Assembly (NCBI GenBank): GCA_905251635.1
Contig: CAJNOT010000088.1
Span: 56,086 to 88,085 of the forward strand
Source: Rotaria sordida
Lineage: Eukaryota
Direction of reading: 5' to 3'
Length of the DNA: 32,000 bases
Shown piece after piece: positions 1 through 10,967 of this stretch. The notes below the pieces were generated by a model that was given only the letters and a program-made list of their open reading frames with translations, ran no database searches and had not been told where the DNA came from. The position numbers were made by a program, and so were the translations under genes. Position 1 is the stretch's first letter, and each line of letters opens with the position of its first letter.

Positions 1-895
1 TCTCTTACTTTTCTTTTCGCAAATCTTGTGCACGTTTTTGTTTTTTTTGTATCCAACGTGGTGTTCCTGGTTCTTCACGTGTTCGTTTTAAAAATTCATC
101 AACTAATTAAATAAAAAATAAGAAAATTTAATAATTATTTTATTACATCATATGTCAAGCAAAAAAAGAAACTAGTTATATGAATAGAAGAAGCAAGTAG
201 AAACAGCTACTTACCATTAGCTGTAAAAGTAAAACAAAGAAAACAAAAGTAATGTTAAGTGAGTAATAGTGTACAAAAAAAAAACAACATGTTTTCAAGT
301 ACAACATTTTAACAACCAGTAAAACAACAACTAATATACCCTTTTCTAGAAAATGATCAAGATGAATGTATACTATTTTATCTCTTGAGAGTGTAAGAGA
401 TTTTTACCTCCTCGATAATAACCATCACCTGGATATGGTATTGTTTGTTTAGATTGTGGTAATTTTCGTATATCTAAACGTTGTGCTTGTGGACTAAAAT
501 TATTGGCAATTGATTCGACAGCTGTACGAACATGTTTTTGTTCTTTAAATGGTGCAGCTACTGTCCATGAATCTGTTTGAACTAATGGAGGGTGAGTATT
601 ATGATGAAGAACAACCTAAACAAATACGATCTCTATGTTGGTTTTTTTTTCTTTTACATCTTTTTGATGAATTTTACTTTATACAAGTCCGACACTTCAC
701 CTTGATCACGAGGCCAAGGTGCTAACGGCCTAGCGACACTGCTTGAATAAGGTGTTGTAACTAATGCCTTGAATATAGAATATTATTGATATTTATTTAA
801 ATACAATAGGACATGTTTACCTTAGATTTGTCAACAGATTTTGTCTTCGCAGTAGGGCCATTCTGGTTAGTTGTATGTGATCGTCCGTTGTACAT
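1..895 (-). CDS. Uncharacterised protein, N-terminal part; 3' end at or beyond the window edge
   Basis: Exons 821-895 (MYNGRSHTTNQNGPTAKTKSVDKSK), 678-767 (ALVTTPYSSSVARPLAPWPRDQGEVSDLYK), 408-615 (VVLHHNTHPPLVQTDSWTVAAPFKEQKHVRTAVESIANNFSPQAQRLDIRKLPQSKQTIPYPGDGYYRG) and <5-102 (VDEFLKRTREEPGTPRWIQKKQKRAQDLRKEK). All are joined by GT-AG introns with consistent phase. The last exon either stops at 5-7 (TAA) or splices at a GTAAGA donor. Confidence 0.6.
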
Positions 896-2390
896 TATTA
901 TCAAAATTTTATTTCATACATTCGAGAAAAAATAAATCTAAAAATGGATGATAGATGAACTTGATTTCTACTTTTTTTTTGTTTCGTAACATATAATAGA
1001 AGAATAAAATAAAAAAAAAAAGGTAACCTATGTGTATACTTGAAAATAAGTGTTTTTGTTCAGGGTTGATGCAACAGTTTTTTTTTTCGATCGTATTGCC
1101 ATTGAAATACAAAGTTGCTTAACAACGATCTCTTTGTTGGCAAATTTAATCATCAATAGCGCCATCTGGTTAATAACAATGTGTTTTAGATAAGGCTTGA
1201 CTTATCTTGAAAATGTTCTTCCTTAAATCTTAAATTTGTCTTTAATTGTATGAGCAGGAATTATAAAATAGATATTCCAGAATAAAGAAAGAGAAAAGAT
1301 TGATTAGTTCTTTTTTTTCTCAAAATATTTTTACCGGTGATTGACAGCCGGGCACTGTTTTTTTTTATCGTCGTCAATAAGAGTAGAAGAACGATGAGGT
1401 ACAAATAAAAAAAAATTATTTCTAGAAACTTTAGAAATTACTTCTTTCATGATACTAAAAGAACAATGCACTACCGTTTTCTTTTTTACAACGATCGACA
1501 TGTTGCTGTTTTATATGCAATGAAAGAATCCTTTGAAAAAAAACTATGATTTTAGTCGGGAAGTTAATTATTCTCGTATATTTTTTGCCTTTCAGTAATC
1601 GAAATAGATGTTAAAACTCAATGAATATTTTATATTGATGAATGAGAATTGTTACGACATTTGAGTTTCACTCGACTGCGAAGCTTGAAATGTTGATTAT
1701 CGAAAATATCGATCTGTCATAAAAAAGTAAATGATCATTTTGACGATTTATCATAAAACGCTTCTCTCTCCAAGATATGTATCCATCAATCAATTGATCA
1801 AAATGAAAACAAAAAGTAGCTAGACTGCTGATTGATTATTCATAGCTGTCTTTGATAAGAGTAAAACGAGTATTAACAAAATTTGGTTACTCTCATCATT
1901 TTAATTATCTCGATGTTTGACAAAAATCTGTCTTCTTTGGATGGCTTTCTCTAATAAAATGAAACATCATATTAAAGGTTGAAAAAACGAATGATATAGA
2001 TATATGAATTCGGTGCGAAGCGATCTGAGTTTTCGGCAATGGAGTTTGAATTAACATAAGAACGATAAATGATTTCATCTAGAATCGATCCTGTTCTGTA
2101 GAAGGTTTTCATTATCTCGGGTAAAAGATGGAGACCAAATCATAGTTTTGTGAAACTTATTGAAAATGAACAAAAACTTATATGGAAGATTGAAAAATAT
2201 TTTTTATAGTGGTTCGCCAGTCTCTAGATCATCGCGACACAAAGTCCAGATTTTGTTACAGCATAGTGCGGAGGATGAATGCGTACGCGACCAACTATAT
2301 AAATGTTGCGTTTCGCACTGCATTAAATTTGATAAAGAACCATTCTTTTTCTTTTTTTGTTGCACCACATTTGTGCAATACTCTTAGTCC

Positions 2391-3607
2391 ATGGCAACAC
2401 AATATAGAACATTTGATTCTGGTCTTTTACAAAAAGCATGGTTTCACTTAAATGAATATCATGATTTTTATTGTATGGCACGTTATCGCAAGAAAATCGA
2501 AGAACAACTTCGTAATGCTAATATTCCGTTGACATATGTTCCATGGAAATCGATGGTTCGTACATTACTTTGTCAAAGTTTATTTAGTGATAAACAATTA
2601 AAAGAAATGAATGTTCATACTGATGAGTGTTGTACAGAAGTTGATATTGCTTCGAGTCAAGCTTGTGTTAATTTTCTACTTGATAACAGTCAACAAGACG
2701 AAAAAAGTTTAACCGAAACATGGTTTGAAATTAATGAATTGAAAGAATGTTTTCAAAAAGCTATTAACATTTTGCCGGCTAATCGACATGCACGAAAAGA
2801 GATGTTATATAAAATCTTAGGTTATCCAACAGGTAAGAAAAAAAATAGAATTTTAATATCGAAATTTGAATTGATATTTATGTATTTTCTATAGGATATT
2901 CTGAAGAAGAAACAGATTATTATTTAAACAACAATAATGATGAATCATTGGATTTAACCAGTGTTCTTTCAATTGATGAACAATATCAAATGCATACAGG
3001 TGATCTCATTGAATTCAGTGGAAATCGATTACATGATGCATTTTATATATATCGTTTACCTAAAAAAGGTATTTGGGCTCAAATTCAACAAATGTGGTCA
3101 AAACACCAGATTACAAATTTCATATTTAATAATACAGTAACAGATCCTAAAGAAGAAGAGATTATTCTTGTTCCAGCCATGGATGAATATGGTTATGGTG
3201 TTCCTTATTTATTTGCTACAAGACCAACAGAATTATTACCTGATGGTGCTCTTCATAAATATGTTGACATCAATTGCCCTCTTGTATCTATGCATAAACA
3301 AAATCCAACGATTGCACTTGTACAACAACATCTTAATGAACGTTTAAAAAATCCTGTATATCAAGATAAATACATGAATGTCGAAATGAGTGTAGAATTA
3401 GATAGATTTCCACAAGAATATGTTGCTTTTGTACATATAAATGATGCACCTAAAGATAATGTTTTATGGGTACAACGTGTTCATTACAACGGCAAGGAAA
3501 TTGCTCGAGATTTAAATGATAATTTAGAAATCTTTTTTTCACGTCGAATTCTGGAATCCGAAGAACAATACAAAGAAAAACAAAAATTTAATATATCATC
3601 ACATTGA
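2391..3607 (+). CDS. Uncharacterised 384-aa protein, 2 exons (2391-2832, 2895-3607)
   Basis: Two long ORFs joined by a 62-nt GT-AG intron (CCAACAG|gtaagaaa...ttctatag|GATATTC) give ...ILGYPTGYSEEETDYY..., in phase, 1155 nt in total. I recognise no domain. Confidence 0.8.
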
Positions 3608-4992
3608 ATAAATCAAAAATAATATTGATAGTCATTTTTTTAAAAAATAATACAGGCAATATTTAGATATGTATATAGAAAGAGTTGTCTTTCTACGATA
3701 AAAAAACATAGACAACAGAACGTACTGAATCTAGAACATGCTCAAAGACAGTTAGTGCTTCTTATTTCCAACTAGTATTTTGCACTTTGTAAAGTTATTG
3801 CAGTTCAGAAAAAATGTGCACTTAAAGAACCACACCAACGTTTGTCGCCATTTTATTTCGACTCCCGAAAGAAGAGTTTTCGTCCTATTTTACTGGAAAA
3901 CAGAATAATAATGAAGCAGCAGTATTCAAAAAGAGAAAAGAAACTAGATGGCGATACGATGGAAAGCTACAAATGTCGATCATCAAAAAAATAGATATCT
4001 CATTAAAAAACGAATAATCGTTTCTACAACTATTGGTACAATGCTTTTCCCATGTGATTCTAAAAAACATTGCCAATTTTTCGTTTAATTATCTATATGA
4101 TTTATTATTTATGGTCATCTATTCTTGAGCTGTTATAGGTAAAACTAGCTTATCGAATAGACTGGTATCTAATTCTTTATGCTGTCTTCATTTTAATCAC
4201 CTCAAAGCTACGAAAACAACAAAGTTCACAAAAAAGGGGAGCTCATTATAAGCAAAATCGTCTGTATTCCCTCATAAAATCCATTTTTATCTTATCTGTT
4301 TTTGTCATTTTGACTGTCAGAAATCTTTGACTAATTTTAAATAAAAGCTCTCTACAATACGAAGCTTTGAAAAATGCATACTATATATATTATTTATGAA
4401 AAAGGGACTATATCTTCATAGTTTCATATCTTAGAGAGATTTTATTCAAAACTTCTGAAATTTTTTATGCAAACTAGTCTAGCTGAGGCCTTTATGCAGG
4501 CAAAGTTTCAGATCAAAATTCGAAAGTATAGCTTTGCTGCCAATGTAGGCGTACTATAGAGAAAATTCACTAGGAGCTCGATATCTCCTCATAAACAAGC
4601 CAGAAACCCGAACTTTTTTAATCATAGACACAGCTCACTATGGGCTACAAGATGCGCGAAATCTCGACTGAAAAATGCTTCGGTATCTGGCAATGTTCCC
4701 TCGTTAGCCGCTGAAGACAAAGAAAAACTTTTAACAGTTTGAAACTCGAGTTTCCCGTATAGCTCTTATTCACTTATAACGAAGAAGTACTACTTCAAGT
4801 CGTTGGCAATGTAGGGTTCAACATTTAATCCCAAGTTTTTCAGTCTTGGTCTATAGGTTTGTATCACATCTAAAATAATACTTCAACAACTTTTTTTGGA
4901 TAATCTCTCTTGAATTATGCTCTGATTCATATGATTTATAGGATCCGGTCCTGGCAAATTTTTTTTCTCGTAATCCCCGTCCCACATATCTC

Positions 4993-5484
4993 TAGTTTGG
5001 ATCCTTAACTTATAGCTGCTGGATATTGCATTTTTACGGATTTTTTTAAAGTCAATATTGTGGTCCCTTCAGCCATATGAAGAAAATTCGTTTGCGAATC
5101 TCGACTTGAAACTTTGTACAAAGACAGATTTTAACCAAAATAGTTTATTGTAAAAGTTCCCGATCTTTTAATTTGCTCCTTTCCTGAAATACGAACATAA
5201 TATCTATCGGTGCATATAAGCAGTGTAAAAGACAAACTTTTATCATAGATGTATCTTGGGATAGAAACAACGAAAATATCTGATATTTTTACAATAAACT
5301 ATTTTTGGTGAGATCAGTCTATATCGAAAGTTTCAAATTGAAATTCGAAGATCAGTTTTCCTTATGTTCCTGATGGGGACCACGACATTGTGCTAAAAAG
5401 ATTCAATATCTCGGCAGCAAGAAGCTAAGAATCCGAACTCTTTTCAACGTATTCATAGCTCATTAAGGTCTACATGAAGCACAT
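4993..5484. repeat. Diverged foldback repeat; right arm has a second copy at 31062-31230
   Basis: Left arm 'agtttggatccttaacttatagctgctggatattgcattttt...attgtggtccc' (4994-5067) matches the reverse complement of 5375-5437 'agttcggattcttagcttcttgctgccgagatattgaatcttttt...gtcgtggtccc'. Confidence 0.7.
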
Positions 5485-5748
5485 CATTTTGATTCAGAAG
5501 TAATTAATCAATTTGGATACTTCCCTCATCAACCTACAATACTTGAATCTAGGGTAGGCTGACGTCTGCCTAATCCTGATGGGTCCATCGCCTATGATAA
5601 TAAATAACTATTTTCTATCGAATCAAGTTCTTTTTATTGTTGTTTTTTTTCAAAGAATATTAATCGTGATAGAAATAGATGATTTAATACGCACAGAAGT
5701 ACATTTTACAAGAAAAATATAAACAAGACAAAAAAATAAGAAGTTCCT

Positions 5749-7629
5749 TCAAAAACCATATTTAGCTTGAGTTTGTCTTTTGGTTAATTTCTGTTCACTC
5801 CACATATTTTTCAATTGAAGATCATCATGCTGAGCCTAGAATACAAAAGAAATAAATAAACTATATATAATGAATAGATTTTTATTTACTTTAGCAATGA
5901 GATAAGTAAGTTGTCCTCGTTTTTTCGTTTCTCCTTTAGGTACATGAATTGCCGCTTGTGCCATCATAGTTTCACGTTCTTCAGTTGCATTTTTAAGTAA
6001 TTGTAATCGTGCACTGTCACCTAACATTGAATCAATGTGTACATGTTTGATTTTTTTATAATGTTCACTTTTCGGTAGATAACGTAAAAGCTTAAGAAAG
6101 AAAGAAAGAAAAAAGTAAAAATAAAAATTATTATGAAAAATGATTTACTTCATCATCATTATTGATTTGTTGATTATTCATTTCTTCATCATTATTATCA
6201 AGATCTTCAAATTCTACTGATGGATTTGGTAATGATGGTTCTTCAATAACAGTGGGTCGGGCTTTTGGAAAAGTTTCACGTAAAACACTTTCAACATCAG
6301 TATTTGTTATTTGAATTTGATTTGATTTAGTTAAACCAAGAAAATCTGTTTGATCATTATCATCATCTTCAATATCACTATCATTTTTCATTTGTTCATT
6401 TGATTGATTAGATATCGTTGTTGAAGATTTCTTTTGTTGTTGTTTTTTATTAAGTGTATATGGCATAAATAAACCTGTTGAACTTATTTGAGGAGTTGTC
6501 GTTGAGGAAGTTTTAATTGTAGATAGACTTGGTGTTGGTTTACCTTCATCATGTATTGGGGCAGGAAGTGCATCCAATAATGCACAATTCTATAAAATAA
6601 TTGATAGTTTTAAAAATTCTGATAAAGAGGAATTAGGAATGTCTCAAGCTAAAATTTGTAAAAAGAATGCTTTTCACCATTAGATAGAGCATGTCTCAAA
6701 GGATATGACAATGTGACTTTTATTTTTTGCACTTAACTTTTGTTTACAAGAGAACCATCTGAGGTGATATCTCGTGTTTAAAATGAGATTAGAAGAAACT
6801 TCGAAGGATTCTTCCCTATGTAATGGCCTAAAAGTTTACCCATAAATAGCTCTTGAAGTTATTAGAATCTTCTAAAAATTTCAGCCGAAAAGATTGGTCT
6901 CTCCTCGCGATATCAAGTCCACAAAAACATATGATATTCCAGTAAAAGAATGAAAATCTAGATTTTTTGTGGATTTGATATCTCAAGAAGAGAACAATCT
7001 TTCTGGCTGAAATATTTAGAAGTCCTTCTAGTTTCAACAGCCCTATGTAATAATTGGGAGGTCTTATCTCAAACGCAAGGTATCATCTGGCAACATTCCT
7101 GAAAGAAATGACTTACTCGTTTCGTAGTGGTTGGTTTTCTTTTTGGTCTATCTTCTTCATCTGAATCCTGGAATGAAAAATATATTTAGATAAAAAAACA
7201 AAATGAGATGATGATTTTTACTTCTTCAATAGTTGGAATAAAAATTTTAACTGGTCCATCACGTTTTCGTTTGATTGGTTTTGGTAATTGAGGAATATTT
7301 TTTGCATATTCTTTATTATCTCCACGAACAATATCTTCTAATTCATATTCAATAAATTCAGTTGGATTTATATTTGTATTTAATGAAGAACTATCTTGAG
7401 GTTTAGGAAGATTTGCTAATAGAGTAGAAGATGATTGAGTATTTGTTTCTATAGGATATTCATCATCATCATCATCATCGATGATTATATTTGATGAAGA
7501 ATGTGAAGGAGCTGGCAGATGAAGTCGACGAGTCATTGATGATTTTGAATCTGTTGTTGTTGCTTGAATATTATCATTATTATTATCTTCTTCTTCACTT
7601 GAATCACCTTCATAATTTACAAGTGACAT
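5749..7629 (-). CDS. PRCC: PRCC-like protein (proline-rich/mitotic checkpoint regulator PRCC family), about 395 aa
   Basis: Exons 7222-7629, 7117-7167, 6149-6589, 5890-6090 and 5749-5835 total 1188 nt in phase. The N-terminus MSLVNYEGDSSEEED resembles PRCC MSLVAYASSDESE. 'KPIKRKRDGPVKI' resembles KPKKRKEPVKI. The C-terminus GQLTYLIAKAQHDDLQLKNMWSEQKLTKRQTQAKYGF* resembles the hallmark PRCC end ...QITYLIHQAKERELELKNTWSENKLSRRQTQAKYGF*. Confidence 0.93.
6758..7090. repeat. Imperfect inverted (foldback) repeat inside PRCC intron 2
   Basis: Left arm core 6879-6927 (TTTCAGCCGAAAAGATTGGTCTCTCCTCGCGATATCAAGTCCACAAAAA) matches the reverse complement of about 6965-7014 (TTTCAGCCAGAAAGATTGTTCTCTTCTTGAGATATCAAATCCACAAAAA). 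Weaker pairing extends to 'ctgaggtgatatctcgtgttt' and 'aaacgcaaggtatcatctgg'. Confidence 0.75.
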
Positions 7630-7717
7630 TTTTATCTAAAATATCTATCAAAGAAAATTTTCTAAACTGAATTTTAACAAAAAATGTATCATAAAAAAAC
7701 AAAAAAAAAACAAAACA

Positions 7718-8442
7718 TCATGCTGTATCTTCTTGTTTTTCCTCTTCATCTTTTTTTTCTGGATATCTTAAACGATTTTCAGCTATTTTTCTTGCTCGAT
7801 ATGCATTAACATAATCAGCAGGATCAACAGGAAAAAAACCACAACGTCCTAATTGAATTAAAAAAAAAAAGAAAACAAATCATTATATTTGAATAAAAAA
7901 TAAAACTAATAGAAATATTTTTTTACCAAGTAATTTTTGTACCCAAGGATTAATAACAACACCTTCAGTACCAATCCAATATCGAAGTCGTTTTAAATTA
8001 AGTGCAACTAAAACTTCATTTTTATCATTAGGCATTGAATCATATGAACCGAGATTTTCAATAATTTCATTCGCATTTGGTGAATGTTTCATTCGTTGAA
8101 CTACAATACGATCAAATCGACGATTTTTACAACCAATATTTTGTAAACGAATTTCATAGGGACCTAAATCATCGACTGGTGTTATATCAGGAGGTGGTCT
8201 TAAGATAAGAATTAGAAAATTTTATTTTTGAAAAATAATACAATATAATAAGTATACCCATGTTTAAATGTGAATACTGTTCCTGTTGAATCAATAACAG
8301 TTTTTTCTTCTTTGATAGTTGCTGATGGTAATTCAACAGGAGTAGGAGGATTTACTGGTGGTGCTGTACGTACATAACGTTTACAAATAGAGACTAAACA
8401 TGTTAATGGTGCTGGTCGAATAAGAAGAAATTTATCTAACAT
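7718..8442 (-). CDS. MRPS16: Mitochondrial small ribosomal subunit protein bS16m (MRPS16), about 195 aa
   Basis: Exons 8258-8442, 7927-8198 and 7718-7848 total 588 nt in phase. The S16 core is YEIRLQNIGCKNRRFDRIVVQRMKHSPNANEIIENLGSYDSMPNDKNEVLVALNLKRLRYWIGTEGVVINPWVQKLLGRCGFFPVDPADYVNAYRARK. Confidence 0.95.
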
Positions 8443-8997
8443 CTTAAATAATAAATAATTGTTTTTGAATAAAATTAAAACAATAAACTGATCATAATTT
8501 TCTTGTTAAAGAAAAAACAAGGAATAGTGAAATTATGAGATCTTCAACACTGAAAACATTAGTTGAATCTTTGTAGCAATAAGAGTTTTACGTAAGTCTA
8601 ATTCCATAATAAAATATACGAGAAAAATAACACACAAATTTTCTGGATGGTTGTACAATCTGGAAAATAGTCTGGTTGGTTTTTAAAAAATGTTCAATAG
8701 ATGACGCACATTATCATTACAGAAAAATTTTACATTAGAAGAACATATTTCACTCAACTAGAAAATTTTTACGAATCCATTCATAATAAATGATATATTG
8801 GACATTGACTATTTAAGCGAGAAGTTTAAATAATTTCCAAAACAAATAATTTTATGTAAAAAATTGTCAAATCGATATACACTGTTAACTCGCAAATGAA
8901 GAAAACCTAAGAGCATATGAGTGCAAGTTACAATTTGACTGAGATACTGACATTTTACTATAGTTTTTTCACCAGGACCCCATTTTTGCTGTAGAAT

Positions 8998-9107
8998 CAA
9001 AATTTCTGAATTTTTGGACGAATTATCTTCAATGTAGCAGTTTGTTAGCGTAAAGACGCTGCTTTATGGATCATATCTCGAAGATGATTTGTCCAAAAAT
9101 TCTGAAA
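8998..9107. repeat. Short inverted repeat (28-bp arms, about 3 mismatches)
   Basis: TTTCTGAATTTTTGGACGAATTATCTTC, then about 50 nt, then GAAGATGATTTGTCCAAAAATTCTGAAA. Confidence 0.7.
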
Positions 9108-9901
9108 GTCTGAACTTTATGTTCTTTTCGAATGTGGGCTCAAAAATTTTGTAGAACTAATGGCTTGAAAGTTATGAACCGACCTCTTCGAGGCCTGTAA
9201 ATTCAGTTTTGGACGAGCTTCCGCATATCAAAGCTTACTCAAAGTAGGAGAAGTTAAAATTATTTGAAATACAGTGCATAAAAGAGCAAACATTTCTCTA
9301 TAGAATGGTATACTAATGATTAATTTGCTCTAAGTCATTTGCCAACTGTGAGTATTTTGGTAAGGGACATCGTGTCAATTTTCTCGATTTCTATGAGAAA
9401 CAGACTTGTAAAATGAGTTTGATCATTTCCTGAATGATTGTTCTGAAACTCTTGAGTCTCATATCACTGTATAGAAAATAATTTCGTCTTTAATTCTATG
9501 CAAGACAATCAATAATATAACATATGTAGTAAAGAAGACTATTGCTGCAGAACAACGTCAACTTTGACACCTCTAAAACTTCTAAATCACAGAGAAATTT
9601 TGAACCTAAATTCGAAAACAATACAAAATTTGTATTCTAACTCAATGTTTTCAAATTTCTGTAATCTTCTTTAAGCTGCTGAAAAATGAATAAACATTTT
9701 ATCAAATTTTTTTTTTTGATCACCCGTTAGTATTCTTCGATATCTCGTCTAAATAGAAACATATATTAACGTTTTTATGTTCGATCCTTTTTTTTCTTTA
9801 TTAATAATATTGTTTTTTGAATTTAATGTATTTTTCAATCTTGTCTAAAATTATTAGCTATTCAAATTGATGAAAACATAATCTAAGTCTGTTCGTTCTT
9901 A

Positions 9902-10529
9902 CAATGGAGGTTCGTGTACTGTAACCGAGCTAGACTTGATATTTTAGCATCAAAAGATAGCTCTCATCGTCAAACTAACAAGGTTAAAATATTAGCGGCT
10001 GTTGACTTGTCTAGAAGGAGATATTCGATTTTTACTGTATTTACAGTATATGTAGGATGGCTACAATTGAAAATTTTGATAGAATTTATTTTTCTTTTTT
10101 CATGATGATTGGATAGAGCTCGTCGAGTTGCATTAGAAAAAGTATGTTTCAAATTTCAAAAAGAGATTTTAAAAAATCTTGAACGAAGGATCCAACTTAC
10201 TGTTATGTTCAAATATAAGAAAAAATACATGCAAAATTTCGATGGTTCGCAAATTTTTTTAAAACCTCTTTTTAAAATTTGAAACACATTTTATCCAATG
10301 CAACTTGACGAGCTCTATCTAACCATCATGAAAAAAGAAAAATAAATTCTATCAAAATTTTCAATTGTAGCCATCCTACATATACTGTAAATACAGTAAA
10401 AATCGAATATCTCCTTCTAGACAAGTCAACAGCCGCTAATATTTTAACCTTGTTAGTTTGACGATGAGAGCTATCTTTTGATGCTAAAATATCAAGTCTA
10501 GCTCGGTTACAGTACACGAACCTCCATTG
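9902..10529. mobile_element. Non-autonomous foldback/MITE-like element with very long terminal inverted repeats, flanked by TTA direct repeats
   Basis: 9902-10107 is the exact reverse complement of 10324-10529 (identical 63-aa ORFs at 9914-10105 + and 10326-10517 -). Inner arms to about 10170/10260 are still complementary but mismatched. The boundaries read cTTA|CAATGGAGG...CCTCCATTG|TTAg. No transposase ORF is present. Confidence 0.85.
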
Positions 10530-10619
10530 TTAGTACAGTCGTATTTATATAAATTTATATGTTCTTTATTTGTAAGTTTGAAATGATTTTATTTTAAAAG
10601 AAAAAAGGAAAATTTTCTT

Positions 10620-10967
10620 TTATGATGTTTGACATTGTGATTGTGCAATGTTCTTGGATGAATCAAATCGAACATGGACAACAACTTGACACGTTGTTTT
10701 TTGGCCAGGAGCACCATTGACAGGTGTAGCAGAAAAATCTATTTTATAATTCAATCCATCAACAACTTGAGTTTGAACCTTGATAATTCGAAGATTAGCA
10801 AGGAAAAGATTTTGTGCTTTAGATAAATATTCAGCAGCATAACTTGTCAAAGCTTTAACCTTATCATCATTAACTAAATCTGGACGATCTTTATAACCAC
10901 CAACATTGGGTAAGAAGCCATGACAGGCAACTACTAATACGAGCAGTGCAGCAGCGAGTTTAAGCAT
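10620..10967 (-). CDS. Secreted cystatin-like cysteine protease inhibitor, 115 aa, single exon
   Basis: MLKLAAALLVLVVACHG is a signal peptide. It is followed by N-terminal GG (FLPNVGGY), 'VKALTSYAAEYLSKAQ', the QxVxG-type loop 'QTQVVDGLNYKI', and two C-terminal cysteines (TTCQ...QCQTS). The ORF track begins further upstream, but the signal peptide favours the ATG at 10965-10967. Confidence 0.8.
   Translation of the reverse strand: MLKLAAALLVLVVACHGFLPNVGGYKDRPDLVNDDKVKALTSYAAEYLSKAQNLFLANLRIIKVQTQVVDGLNYKIDFSATPVNGAPGQKTTCQVVVHVRFDSSKNIAQSQCQTS

Noticed and set aside
2160-2451. Plus-strand ORFs at 2160-2387 and 2209-2451 upstream of the orphan gene
   Set aside because: Low-complexity F/H-rich translation in two overlapping frames; likely upstream or UTR sequence.
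9914-10517. ORFs 9914..10105 (+), 9970..10152 (-) and 10326..10517 (-) as protein-coding genes
   Set aside because: The first and third are identical because they lie in the two arms of the palindrome. Neither resembles a transposase or any known protein, so they are incidental ORFs of the inverted repeat.
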